IMG/VR virus record: IMGVR_UViG_2840054979_000001
Span: 1-64,000 of that record
Source of the DNA: a virus
Lineage: Duplodnaviria; Caudoviricetes
DNA length: 64,000 nt
Strand: one strand, 5' to 3'
A program made the position numbers and the translations under genes. How positions within the stretch are numbered: position 1 is the stretch's first letter; each line of letters starts with the position of its first letter. The notes below the pieces were generated by a model, which searched no databases, had not been told where the DNA came from, and saw only the letters and a program-made list of their open reading frames with translations. Shown here one piece after another: positions 45,752 to 55,467 of this stretch.

Positions 45752-46468
45752 ATGACCGTCTACGCCATTGCGAAGGCGAACACGAACGCCGAACTGGTGG
45801 AGCAATGCGCCGAGCTCGGCTATCTGCGCCGCGAGTTCCGGGTGTTGGAGCCGACGTGGCGGAACGGCCGGTTCTGGTCCCGTTGGCAGCCGGACGAGTT
45901 GTACGGCTCGGATCTGGTGACCGAGTGTTCGCCGGTCGGCCGCAGCATCGATGCGCGGCGGTTGCCGTGGCGTGACGGCTGGTTCGACGCCGTCGTCGTG
46001 GATGGCCCGTACAAGCTGAACGGCACGTCGACCGGCGAAGGACCGTCCGCGTCCGATGTGGACTACGGCGTGGACCGGTACAACTCGGTCGCGGGCCGCC
46101 ACGGTCTGTTGGCCGACATGATGACCGAAGCGCACCGGGTGCTCGCCCCCGCCGCCCGGGTGCGGGTTGATCGTGGCCGTCACGAGTGGGTGGGCGGCAT
46201 CCTGCTGTTCAAGTGCCAAGACCAGGTGTGCAACCAGCAGATCTGGTGGCAGACCGACATCTTCACCCGACACGCCGAGACGCTCGGGCTGGTGAAGGTC
46301 GACTCGTTGATGCTCGAGGGCTACAGGGAGCAGCCGCCACGGACCCGGAAGCACGGTGACTGCCACGGCAGCGGCTGTCTGATGTGTGAGGACGGCAGGG
46401 TGCCGTCACGTCAGGAGCACGCCGCCCGCAACTACTCGACGCTCATGGTGCTGCAGAAGTTGTCGTGA
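45752..46468 (+). CDS. DNA amino-methyltransferase-like protein (N6A/N4C)
   Basis: FDAVVVDGPY (DPPY variant), EAHRVL...GGILLFKCQD, HAARNYS. Confidence 0.75.
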   Translation: MTVYAIAKANTNAELVEQCAELGYLRREFRVLEPTWRNGRFWSRWQPDELYGSDLVTECSPVGRSIDARRLPWRDGWFDAVVVDGPYKLNGTSTGEGPSASDVDYGVDRYNSVAGRHGLLADMMTEAHRVLAPAARVRVDRGRHEWVGGILLFKCQDQVCNQQIWWQTDIFTRHAETLGLVKVDSLMLEGYREQPPRTRKHGDCHGSGCLMCEDGRVPSRQEHAARNYSTLMVLQKLS

Positions 46469-46928
46469 CCGGGAGTTCGAGCGCCATGACCGGCTCCAGA
46501 TAGCCCTCTTCGTTGTAACGGAAGCCAACCGGTTCCGTTGGGTCGCTGTTCGCACAGACGAGGCGAAAGTCGAGGAACCCAGCGAAGAGTGGGGGGTCGG
46601 CGCCGAGAAGCTCCGCAAGGGACTGGTACGGCTCCGGAAGACTGAACACGGCCGAACCGCCGGCAGGGACCGACGCCGGGTCGCCGAACCGACGACGCGC
46701 GCCAGCCTCGTCGGGCCCTTCCACCAGGCAGCCGCGAGCATCCTCGTCGCCGACATTGAACACGACCAAGGTGCGCCCATCGGTTTCGTCGCGTGCGATG
46801 AGTTCGGGTTCTGGTTCGGCAGCGCGGGCGTCCATGAACTGAATGACATTCAAGACGATCGACGCCAAGGCGACGCCCGCGAGGACGACCTGCATCAAAG
46901 TGTTCGTCCATTCCCGCCCCTCGCTCAC
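46443..46928 (-). CDS. Membrane-anchored hypothetical protein (moron-like)
   Basis: N-terminal TM helix; leaderless GTG after TAGTCT on the minus strand. Confidence 0.55.
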   Translation of the reverse strand: MSEGREWTNTLMQVVLAGVALASIVLNVIQFMDARAAEPEPELIARDETDGRTLVVFNVGDEDARGCLVEGPDEAGARRRFGDPASVPAGGSAVFSLPEPYQSLAELLGADPPLFAGFLDFRLVCANSDPTEPVGFRYNEEGYLEPVMALELPVTTTSAAP

Positions 46929-47016
46929 CGCCCGGAGACTACGAGGCCACGCAGGCGCTCTGCGCAGTGCGTGCCGTCCAACCGTCCTGTCACCCCGACG
47001 TCGTACCGTCGTAGAC

Positions 47017-47322
47017 ATGTCCGATAGTCATGATGATGCTTTTGGCGTCATGGTCTCGAACCCCAGCAACGACAGCCTGCTGATCGACCTGCCCGGCGCC
47101 ATCCCGACCCAGGTCGACGCTCTGTCGGTCATTGCCATCCGGCTCGAGGTCGACAACCCGCAAGGCCCGATGGTCGGCGTGTGGACCCGGCACGGCGCCC
47201 TGTTCGTCCTCACCCCGGGCGACTCGACGACGGTCGAGCTGCTGTACGACGAGACCCGAGCGACGATCGACTGGGCCCGCAAGCTGTACGCCGCATCTGA
47301 TCACGGCCGGGCCGGCCGGTGA
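47017..47322 (+). CDS. Hypothetical protein
   Basis: Leaderless after TGTC-N12-TACCGT. Confidence 0.6.
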   Translation: MSDSHDDAFGVMVSNPSNDSLLIDLPGAIPTQVDALSVIAIRLEVDNPQGPMVGVWTRHGALFVLTPGDSTTVELLYDETRATIDWARKLYAASDHGRAGR

Positions 47323-47978
47323 AGCTCATCTACCGGCCGCTCGACGGCGGCTGGACCGACCCCGTCGACCCGTCGCCGCAACGCTCCCGCTTCGAAGCAT
47401 CGTGGTCGAAGACCGTCGACCTGCTCGACCGCGAAGTCTGGTACCTGCAGGCCGGCAGCGCCGAGCCTCTCGTCATCGTCCAGCTGGACGTCCCCGACCG
47501 AGGCGTCCGCCTCGACGGCGGCCTGCGCGCCGACGTCCGCGTCGGCTACCACGGCGCCGTCGTCTCGTTCGAATCGAAGTACGGGCCGCTCCGCTACGCC
47601 TGCGACCGCTTCGACTCCCCCGGCGGCGGCCAAGCCTGGAAGCACAACGTCCGCGCGATCGCGCTCGCCCTCGAAGCACTCCGCACCGTCGACCGGTACG
47701 GCGTCACTCGCCGAGGCGAGCAGTACACCGGCTTCGCGCAGCTGGGGTCGGGTCCGTCGACGTCACCGTCGACCGACATGTCCGTCGACGAGGCCGCCCT
47801 GTTTGTCGCCCGTGTCGCTGACCTGCCGACGCCGTTCACGCTCTCGCACGTCCTGCGTGACCTCGCCCACCTGTACCGGCGCGCGGCCCGCAAGCTGCAC
47901 CCCGACGTCGGCGGCGACGAGAACGACTTCAAACGCCTGCAGATCGCCTACGGCGTCCTGTGCGCTGCCCGCGGCTGA
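47319..47978 (+). CDS. Phage protein with C-terminal J-domain
   Basis: YRRAARKLHPDVGG (HPD motif); CDRF...W.HNVRAIALALEALR.VDRYGV. Confidence 0.88.
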   Translation: MKLIYRPLDGGWTDPVDPSPQRSRFEASWSKTVDLLDREVWYLQAGSAEPLVIVQLDVPDRGVRLDGGLRADVRVGYHGAVVSFESKYGPLRYACDRFDSPGGGQAWKHNVRAIALALEALRTVDRYGVTRRGEQYTGFAQLGSGPSTSPSTDMSVDEAALFVARVADLPTPFTLSHVLRDLAHLYRRAARKLHPDVGGDENDFKRLQIAYGVLCAARG

Positions 47979-48036
47979 CCGCCGTTTCGCCGCTCCGCTG
48001 CGGCCGCCTCTCCCCCGCCGAACCCTGGAGACCCCG

Positions 48037-49281
48037 TTGAGCCATCCGTCCGCCGTCACCTCGTCCAGCCAGACCGCCCTGCCCGTGATCGGGAAGGTGT
48101 CCGCCGCAATCTCGACCGCTCGTGCCGTCCAGGAGCTCGTCAAGGACGTCCATCGCCGCTGGCAGTCCCGTTCCGAGTACGTCTCGTCGATCGACTCGAC
48201 CGACGACGCCTACCACCTCGTGCTCACCGCGGTGTTGGATCGGCTCCCGACCGTCGGTCAGCGTGCTGTGGAGATGGTGACCGGCCGTGGTGGCGCCGTG
48301 GCCGACCACCCGTCGAGCAGCGGCAGCGATCGCACGGTCCGCTGGGTGTATGACGGCGCCCGCCAGTCGGTCCTCTCGATCGGCGGGCACCGTATCGAGG
48401 TGGCGTTGACGGACGCGGAGACGCAGCAGCGCGGCGAGGGCTACACGCTGCGGCGCCGCCAGGTCCGGTTCACGTCGTCGTCGATCGCCGCCCGTGACGC
48501 CCTGCACGACTGGCTGACGTCGATCGTCGCGACGGCCCGGGCGCAGCGGCCGGCGTTGCGGATGGCCGGACGTTGGGGTGGCTGGGAGCACCGGGGTGAC
48601 GTGCCGCAACGCGACCTCGACACCGTCATCTTGGACGGCGACCAGAAGGAGCAGCTGATCGGCGACCTCGACCGGTTCCTCGCCTCGGAGGCCGACTACG
48701 CCCGGCTCGGTGTCCCGTTCCACCGCGGCTACCTGCTGTACGGGCCGCCTGGGACCGGCAAGACGTCGATGGTGAAGGCGATTGCCGCGCACTTCGCGTT
48801 GCCGCTGTTCTATCTGCCGTTGTCCGACATGAGCAGCGACGTGAACCTGCTCGACCTGGTCGCCGGTGTCCCGCCCCGCTCGATGCTGTTGCTCGAGGAC
48901 ATCGACGTCGCCGCAACGGCTACCGAAGGCACCGATGGCGACGGCAAGCGGGCGTCGCTGGCCGGTCTACTCAACGCGTTGGACGGCGTGTTCACGCCTC
49001 ATGGCCTGATCACGGTGATGACGACGAACCACCGTGAGAAGCTCGACGAGCGGGCGTTGCGGGCGGGCCGAGTCGACATGGAACTGCGGCTCGGGTTGAC
49101 GTCGATCGACCAGGCGCACGGTCTCTGGCATCTGGCGTTCCCGGCTGTTCCGCCGCCGCGGGAGGTCGGTGAGCTCGTCGGCCTGCCGCCGGCCGAGGTG
49201 GTGGAGGCGTTGCGCCGCAGCCTCGACCACCCCGACGCCGCGGCGCACGCGCTGCGTGCCCTGGTCGGAGATTCGGCATGA
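48037..49281 (+). CDS. BCS1-like AAA+ ATPase
   Basis: RGYLLYGPPGTGKTS, LLLEDID, LLNALDG, MTTNH.EKLD..ALR.GR.D. Confidence 0.92.
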   Translation: MSHPSAVTSSSQTALPVIGKVSAAISTARAVQELVKDVHRRWQSRSEYVSSIDSTDDAYHLVLTAVLDRLPTVGQRAVEMVTGRGGAVADHPSSSGSDRTVRWVYDGARQSVLSIGGHRIEVALTDAETQQRGEGYTLRRRQVRFTSSSIAARDALHDWLTSIVATARAQRPALRMAGRWGGWEHRGDVPQRDLDTVILDGDQKEQLIGDLDRFLASEADYARLGVPFHRGYLLYGPPGTGKTSMVKAIAAHFALPLFYLPLSDMSSDVNLLDLVAGVPPRSMLLLEDIDVAATATEGTDGDGKRASLAGLLNALDGVFTPHGLITVMTTNHREKLDERALRAGRVDMELRLGLTSIDQAHGLWHLAFPAVPPPREVGELVGLPPAEVVEALRRSLDHPDAAAHALRALVGDSA

Positions 49282-49589
49282 CCGAGGATCGGGTGTTGCG
49301 CCGCGACGACGGCTCGATGGTCGACCTGACCCCGACTCAACTCGTCGCGACCCGCATCGACCTGGACGCCGAGCGCGCCGTCGTCGGGATGGCCGATGGC
49401 CGCTGGCTGTTCTCCCACGTCTGCGATCGCGGCGACCGTGGCATTCTGCGCGCCGCGCCAGCGCTGCAGGTGGCGGGCGGCGGGCACCGGATTGTGCACG
49501 TCGTCCCGTTGACGATCACGCCGTCGATCCTCTGCGACGACTGCGGGACGCACGGCTTCGTCACACGGGCTGAGTGGGTGCCGGCGTGA
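49278..49589 (+). CDS. DUF6527-like small Zn-binding protein
   Basis: PLTITPSILC..CG.HGFV....W. Confidence 0.7.
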   Translation: MTEDRVLRRDDGSMVDLTPTQLVATRIDLDAERAVVGMADGRWLFSHVCDRGDRGILRAAPALQVAGGGHRIVHVVPLTITPSILCDDCGTHGFVTRAEWVPA

Positions 49590-50782
49590 TGGAGGGGTGC
49601 GGCAACTGCCGGTTCGCTCAGCCGACCGTGCATGACGACGGCGACGTCGCCCTGGTGTGCCGCCGGTATCCGCCGACCGTGTTCGCGCTCGACGGCGAAC
49701 CAGCCGCCGGTCAGCCCGATGTCGAGTCGTCCGGCTGGTGCGGCGAATGGGCCCAGTCGTGAGACGCCGGTGCACGGGGTTGACGGCGATGTGGTGCCCG
49801 GTCCACGGCCACTGCCTCTGCCCGCAGGACGGCGACCAAGGCCTCGGGCCGGGCGACGACGACCGCTGTCCGCTGCACTCCCCCCGCTCGCGTCACCCGC
49901 GCCCCACAGTCGTGACGGTCCGAAGATGAGCGCGGTTTTCCCGCAGGAGGGCCCGCCGAGTACTGGCTCTGCTTGTCCGCAACACGCAGGGTCAGCGGGC
50001 CCTGCTGTCCCGCCGGAACATGCAGCGCAATGGCTCGAAGCTGACTCTACCGCCTCGTCGAAGTACCACCGTCGGCACCCGGTGACCGACGTCGAGTTCG
50101 ACTACGACCACGTCTGCCAGACCTGCCGGTTCTGGCAGCCAGGTCGCCGCCTCGGCGACCCGTGCGCTCACAACCGGTCATTCCAGACCCCGCCCGGCCA
50201 GGTGCGTGAGTCGTTCCTGGCGTGCCAGCTGTGGCAGCCCGCCACCGTCCAGAAAGGAGAGACGCCATGAGCGATCTCAGCAACGAAGCAACCCCGACCG
50301 ACCCGATCTTCGAGCACGCCGCCGTCGAGCAGCTGGAGTCGATCGAGCATGTCTCCCCCGACGTCTTGCCTCCGTCCACGGTGGAGATACCGGCCAACCC
50401 GACCGTCAAGGGGCTCGTCGCCTACGTCGCCGACCTCGAGGCCCGCATCAACGTCACCTTGGGTGCGCTCGCCCAATCCCGCCTGCAGCACGGGATGCTG
50501 TACGTCCCGGCAGGTGACGGGACTGACGAGGCCGACGACGGGCTGGAGGTCGTGGAGATGCCCGCCGACGAGTTCGACGCCCTCATCGAACGGCTCGACG
50601 CCCTCGAGGAATCGGTCCGCAAGCTCAGTGACGCGACCCCGCTCGCCGGCGTCACGGTCGACGAGTCCGGCAAGCTGTTCGTCGTCACCCCCGACCAGGA
50701 GTCACACGGCCCGTACGCCACCATCGGCGACGCCCACCGCGAGGCCGCTCGGCTGGGCGGCCAGGTGAGGCGGATCGCGTGA
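49589..50782 (+). other. Coupled small hypothetical ORFs (49589-49762 Cys-rich, 49927-50270, 50267-50782)
   Basis: CGNCRF..CRRYPP..WCGEW motif; SD GAAAGGAG before 50267. Confidence 0.55.
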
Positions 50783-51312
50783 ACGAGCCCGGCGACTACC
50801 GGTACCTGCTGACGCGGGACTGGCTGACCGGTGACGGCACGGTGCTGTACGTCATGCTGAACCCGAGCACGGCGGACACGGCGAACGACGACCCGACGAT
50901 CCGACGCTGCAAGACGTTCGCGCAGGTGCACGGCTTCGCGCGTCTGGAGGTGGTGAACCTGTTCGCCGCCCGAGCGACGAAACCCGAGCGGCTGCTGTCC
51001 CTGGATGATCCGGTCGGGCCGGCCAACGAGCGGTATGTCGCCGACGCGATGCAACGCGCCGATCTCGTCGTGTTCGCGTGGGGTGCGTGGCTGGCGACCC
51101 TGACCGCCAAGAAGCGCCTGCGGCTCGCGCCGACCGATGTCGAGGCGATCGCCGCACAGCTGGACGTCACGCCGCACTGTTTGGGGTTGACGTCGTCTGG
51201 TCTGCCCAGGCATCCGTTGTATGTGCCGGGCGATCAGCGGTTCGTCCCGTTCCGGCAGCCAGCGTTCCTGCCGGCCGACGAGCCGCTGGATTTGGGTGTC
51301 GAGGTCGGCTGA
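50779..51312 (+). CDS. DUF1643 domain protein
   Basis: YRYLLTRDW, VMLNPSTAD...DDPTIRRC, VNLFA, AWG, PRHPLY. Confidence 0.92.
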   Translation: MNEPGDYRYLLTRDWLTGDGTVLYVMLNPSTADTANDDPTIRRCKTFAQVHGFARLEVVNLFAARATKPERLLSLDDPVGPANERYVADAMQRADLVVFAWGAWLATLTAKKRLRLAPTDVEAIAAQLDVTPHCLGLTSSGLPRHPLYVPGDQRFVPFRQPAFLPADEPLDLGVEVG

Positions 51313-51318
51313 CGCGCG

Positions 51319-51753
51319 CTATGGCAGGGTGCAGGTGCCGGTCGCCGGTGCTTCGATCGTGCAGCTACCGGTCGGGTCATCGGCCGCCGGCGATGGCCCC
51401 GTCAGTGCGAGGACTCCGAACACGGCGAGGCTGACGAGCCCGAGGGCGAAGGCCCCCATCTGAATGCCTGCCTTGCCTGTGACCGAACCCGAATAAATGT
51501 CGAGTGCCTCATCAGCTTTGCCGACGACTCCGGTGAGCGATAGATACGCAGCCACACCGGCCAGGATCGCTAGCGCAAGTAGTAGCCACGAGATCCATAG
51601 GAAGAGTTCGTCGAATGGGAACGTGTCGCCGGCGATGTCCTTGCGGAAGGCGATGGTGAACGACAGGATCGTCGTCGACAGGGTGAGAACCTGCTTGCAG
51701 GAGTCAGAGGCGAAGGTGAACGCCAGCTTCTCCCGATCGGTCGGCGCGGTCAT
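51319..51753 (-). CDS. Multi-TM membrane protein (moron)
   Basis: KQVLTLSTTILSFTIAF plus further TM segments; lower GC. Confidence 0.75.
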   Translation of the reverse strand: MTAPTDREKLAFTFASDSCKQVLTLSTTILSFTIAFRKDIAGDTFPFDELFLWISWLLLALAILAGVAAYLSLTGVVGKADEALDIYSGSVTGKAGIQMGAFALGLVSLAVFGVLALTGPSPAADDPTGSCTIEAPATGTCTLP

Positions 51754-52076
51754 CAGCAGAACGGCCAGAGCGGGCAGATCTTGCCGAACGCGATGCTGAG
51801 AACGTCGTCGCCCAACGGGCGCGTCGCTCGCGTCAGTCCTATTTCGGCGATGACCCGTTCCAGCCGATCGATGCTCGCCGCCGCCACCGTTTCAGCCAGT
51901 TCGAGTTCCTCGTCACGTGACTTCGGACGCGTCTGGTCGCGGCCGATTGCGTGCTTCACCGAAGGAGCGGAGGCGATTCTCTCGTACAGCTGATCTCGAG
52001 CGTCGTCTGTCAGGTCCTCAAACATGCCCGACTCTTCAAGAGCTCGGATCACGACCCCTTGCTGTTCTCTGTCCAC
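51753..52076 (-). CDS. Hypothetical protein (moron)
   Basis: SD AAGGAGG; ends ICPLWPFC; coupled to the membrane gene. Confidence 0.65.
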   Translation of the reverse strand: MDREQQGVVIRALEESGMFEDLTDDARDQLYERIASAPSVKHAIGRDQTRPKSRDEELELAETVAAASIDRLERVIAEIGLTRATRPLGDDVLSIAFGKICPLWPFC

Positions 52077-52174
52077 CCCTGGACCTCCTTGTTTCCGGGA
52101 TCGGCGAACACTACTCGACCCGGGAGATGCCGTTGCCCGGCCGGTATCCCTCCTGGCACTACTCGCCGCAAACA

Positions 52175-52203
52175 TTGACTACCGTAGCCGTCTCTGCTAC
52201 AGT
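52175..52203 (+). promoter_or_regulatory. SigA-type promoter with inverted repeat (P4)
   Basis: TTGACT-ACCGTAGCCGTCTCTGC-TACAGT; leaderless GTG at 52211. Confidence 0.8.
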
Positions 52204-52210
52204 ATTAAGG

Positions 52211-52453
52211 GTGATCAACCCCACCAACCACTCGGAGGACTACCAGCACGGCATCGACATCGGCCTCAAGACGCCAGCGCACCTGCTCGACATCACGTTG
52301 CAGCGACGCAGCTTCGACGTCGCCACATTGACCGACACGATCGCCAGCCAGGAAGGCGCCGGGGTCGAAAGCCACGTGCTCGACACCTACCGCCGGAAGC
52401 TGGCACAGAAACGAGGCATCGTCGACGCCATCAACCAGCGCCTCACCGCCTGA
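52211..52453 (+). CDS. Hypothetical protein
   Basis: Leaderless from P4. Confidence 0.65.
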   Translation: MINPTNHSEDYQHGIDIGLKTPAHLLDITLQRRSFDVATLTDTIASQEGAGVESHVLDTYRRKLAQKRGIVDAINQRLTA

Positions 52454-52464
52454 TCGCCCCTGAT

Positions 52465-52500
52465 CGCCGGCGAGGGAAGCGCCGACGTCGAAAGGAACCC
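52465..52500 (+). repeat. AGGGAAG-loop hairpin plus SD with no start codon behind it
   Basis: CGcCGGCG-AGGGAAG-CGCCGaCG, then GAAAGGAACCC, then a GC hairpin. Confidence 0.7.
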
Positions 52501-52584
52501 ACCAGCCGTCCGGGCGGTCCCGCCGCCGCCCGGACGGCCAACCATCCGCCGCGAGGACGCGGCCTTGATAATGTCCGAGACACA

Positions 52585-52619
52585 TGCCGGGAAGGGAAGC
52601 CCGGCACCGAAAGGAACCC
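52585..52619 (+). repeat. AAGGGAAG-loop hairpin plus SD element
   Basis: TGCCGGG-AAGGGAAG-CCCGGCA, then GAAAGGAACCC. Confidence 0.85.
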
Positions 52620-52620
52620 G

Positions 52621-53022
52621 ATGTCCACCGTCAGCCTCGATCAGCCCGAACTCGACCTGTACTCGTCGGTCCGAGTCGACGACCCCGCGACCTCTGAGGA
52701 AGCCGCCCACTTCGCCGCGCCCCGGGCCGGCACCCACCGCCTCCTGGCCCTGCAAGCCCTCGCCGACGCCGGCGAAGGCGGCCTCACCGACTTCGAACTC
52801 GAAGCCGCCACGCGCGTCAAGCAGACGTCGATCGGCAAGCGCCGCAAGGAGCTCGCCGACATGGGCTACGTCGTCCCGCGGCTCGACGAGCACGGCAAGC
52901 AACGTCGCCGCCCCGCCCCGTCGGGGACGCCGGCCGGCGTGTACATGATCACCCCGGGTGGCCGCAACGCGCTCGCCCACGCGCTCGACTCCGGCTCGCT
53001 CGACAAGGCGAAGGCGTCATGA
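52621..53022 (+). CDS. Winged-helix DNA-binding protein
   Basis: R.DDPATS.EAA, GLTDFELE...SIGKRRKELADMGYV. Confidence 0.75.
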   Translation: MSTVSLDQPELDLYSSVRVDDPATSEEAAHFAAPRAGTHRLLALQALADAGEGGLTDFELEAATRVKQTSIGKRRKELADMGYVVPRLDEHGKQRRRPAPSGTPAGVYMITPGGRNALAHALDSGSLDKAKAS

Positions 53023-53659
53023 CTCTCGACCCCGCTCTCGACTCCGCACGCCGTCGCATCGACTGCCCGCTGGATCGGATCGTTGCCGAGCTCGACGAGA
53101 TGATCGACCTGTACGGAGAGCACGAAGCGTGCCGGGCCTGGCGCGAGGCCAGCGCCGAGCGCGCTGCGTCGTGCGAGCTCGCCCACTCGTTCGCCACGGC
53201 CGGTGACGCTCCCGACCCCGACCCGACCAGAGTGCACGGGTTTCCGAGGCCGGTGCTGTCGTGACGCTGGCTGTCTGGCTCCGCCAGTGCACCGGCGACC
53301 CGGAGCCGTCGACGATCCCGATCGAGTCTCTCAAGCCGGGCACCGAGCTCGTAGTCCACGGGCTGTTCGACCGTCTGACCACGATTCGGTACCGGCGTCA
53401 CGGCCGTTGCGCCGACGGGGGCCGGTGGGTGGCCGGCACCAACCGTTGGGGCCTCGTCACCGTCGTGCGAGCGAACGCCGTCGTGTCGGTGCGGCGATGA
53501 TCGCCGTCCGGCTGCTGCTCGCCTGGAGCACGCTCTCGGTGATCGTGTTCGCCGGCGGTGGCATCTGGCACCGCCTGGGCCGCAGTCCCGTCGAATACTC
53601 GCCACGCATCGTAATGTGTAAGCCGTGTACGTTGCGTCGCCAGCCACGACAGGGTCGCG

Positions 53660-54073
53660 GTGATGTTCGCCGACGCCGGAGTGACCATTGCCATCATCAG
53701 TTCGATCACCGGCGTTCTGGTCGCCCTGTGCTCGGCGGCTGGGGTCGTGTACCAAGCGAAGCGGTCGTCCGACGCGAAGGAACGTGAAGCCGACGCCACA
53801 CGCGCCGCCGCGGCCGCGCAGGAGAAGGCGTCCAACGTCGAAGTCGCCCAAGGCGTGCTCCGAGAGACGATCGAGTTCCAGAAACGTGAGCTCGCCGAGA
53901 CCCGCGCCGAGCACGCCCGCGAGATCGAAGCGCTACGGGCTGAGCTTCGCCAGGTGCGCAGCGCCCAGGACGAATGCAATAGGAACCACCGCGCGTGCAT
54001 GGCACGCAACGAGACGCTGGAACGCGAGAAGCGAGACCTCGAACGGGAACTCGTGACGCTTCGTGGAAGGTAG
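53660..54073 (+). CDS. Membrane protein with coiled coil (holin/spanin-like position type)
   Basis: N-terminal TM segment, then a long heptad-rich helix. Confidence 0.65.
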   Translation: MMFADAGVTIAIISSITGVLVALCSAAGVVYQAKRSSDAKEREADATRAAAAAQEKASNVEVAQGVLRETIEFQKRELAETRAEHAREIEALRAELRQVRSAQDECNRNHRACMARNETLEREKRDLERELVTLRGR

Positions 54074-54080
54074 GAGGCCA

Positions 54081-54620
54081 GTGATGGACAAGGACCGGGA
54101 AGCTCGAGTCGACCAGGCGTACCGAGTGCTGGACGAGGCCGCCGAGGATCGGCTGATCACCGGCGAGATCCCGATCGTCGTGGTGAAGCACCCGTGGTGG
54201 GTGACGTTGAAAGGCCCGATGTACCTGCTCGGCCTCGCGATGGTGCTGTTCGCTGTGTCGATCACGACTCTCGCGTTCGCGACGCTGTCACGGACCGACG
54301 CGCAACGCGAGCAGGAAGCGATCGACGAATGCAACCGGCTCTGGTCGCAGCGGATCACGGAGGCGTCGTTCGGAAGTCGGCGCGCGTCGGCTGAATCGGA
54401 CGTCGCCTTCAACGATGCTCTGCTGGTCGTGCTCGAGTCGGGCGATCTCGACGCCGTCGACACCACTGGGTTGGTCGAGTCGAACTCGAACACCGAGCAG
54501 GCGTTGGAGCGGGACGAGGCGACGATCCGGGATCGTGATGCGTGGGTGGCTGCGGGTCAGCCGATGCCGTGTCCGGTGGAGGCACCAGATCGTGACGCCG
54601 AGCCGGAGCAGGCAGGCTAA
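54081..54620 (+). CDS. Membrane protein
   Basis: SD AGGAGG; one TM segment; paired Cys. Confidence 0.7.
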   Translation: MMDKDREARVDQAYRVLDEAAEDRLITGEIPIVVVKHPWWVTLKGPMYLLGLAMVLFAVSITTLAFATLSRTDAQREQEAIDECNRLWSQRITEASFGSRRASAESDVAFNDALLVVLESGDLDAVDTTGLVESNSNTEQALERDEATIRDRDAWVAAGQPMPCPVEAPDRDAEPEQAG

Positions 54621-54635
54621 ATCTCGCCGCACACC

Positions 54636-54664
54636 TTGACTACTGTAGCCCTTCAGACTACAGT
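54636..54664 (+). promoter_or_regulatory. SigA-type promoter with inverted repeat (P5)
   Basis: TTGACT-ACTGTAGCCCTTCAGAC-TACAGT; leaderless GTG at 54672. Confidence 0.8.
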
Positions 54665-54671
54665 AGGTGTT

Positions 54672-54932
54672 GTGAACAACACCTATCGAGCCACCGTCTA
54701 CCCGGCACCGCCAGAGTTGCGCGACCGACCGGGTATGACGCTCGCCCGCATCTTCGACAACGCCGCCGACGCCCTCGACTGGGTGTGCTCGAAGATCAGC
54801 CACGCCCGCGAGCGAGGCGACATCGAGGAACTCGCCGACAACGGCGACATCGACCACAACGGCGTCTGGATCAGCTGCTACCGCAGCCGTGGAGGAAGCA
54901 TCAAGATCGACGGCTACTCCCAGGTCGCCTGA
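54672..54932 (+). CDS. Hypothetical protein
   Basis: Leaderless from P5. Confidence 0.65.
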   Translation: MNNTYRATVYPAPPELRDRPGMTLARIFDNAADALDWVCSKISHARERGDIEELADNGDIDHNGVWISCYRSRGGSIKIDGYSQVA

Positions 54933-54949
54933 ACCAACCACCAACCACC

Positions 54950-54989
54950 GCTGCCGGAAGGGAAGCCGACAGCACACCGAAAGGAACCC
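54950..54989 (+). repeat. AAGGGAAG-loop hairpin plus SD element
   Basis: GCTGCCGG-AAGGGAAG-CCGACAGC, then GAAAGGAACCC. Confidence 0.85.
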
Positions 54990-54990
54990 G

Positions 54991-55467
54991 ATGACCACCA
55001 GCCTCTACTGGCACGCGCCCGGCACCCGGGCGTTCATCCGCACCGCCCATTTCCCGTCGAGCACCTACGTCGGCGCCAGCCAGGCGTTCGCGTCGCTGTA
55101 CCGGGAGATCGAACTCGACGACACCGACATCATCGCCGTCTTGGCCGGCGGCACGTTCGTCCGCACCGACACCGACCCGTATGGCAACCGGATGGGCGAC
55201 ACGTACGTCTTCGAAGCACGGTTCTCACCGAACTGCCAGCACCTGTTCGAACGCGGCCCCGTCCGCAAAGACCCGGTGCCCGAAGGCACCCCAGCGCCCG
55301 CGTTGGTGTGGGCGTCCTATTGGCAGCCGTGGCGCTGGAAGCCGTTCACGCTCGACTGGACCTACCAGCAGGTTCGAGACGCGGGTGCGGTCCCGTTCGG
55401 CGCGATGGACTACCACTGGCCGCTCGACGCCGAACAGCCCGTCTTCCCGGCGAAGGCAGTGCGGTGA
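54991..55467 (+). CDS. Hypothetical protein
   Basis: Strong SD. Confidence 0.7.
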   Translation: MTTSLYWHAPGTRAFIRTAHFPSSTYVGASQAFASLYREIELDDTDIIAVLAGGTFVRTDTDPYGNRMGDTYVFEARFSPNCQHLFERGPVRKDPVPEGTPAPALVWASYWQPWRWKPFTLDWTYQQVRDAGAVPFGAMDYHWPLDAEQPVFPAKAVR

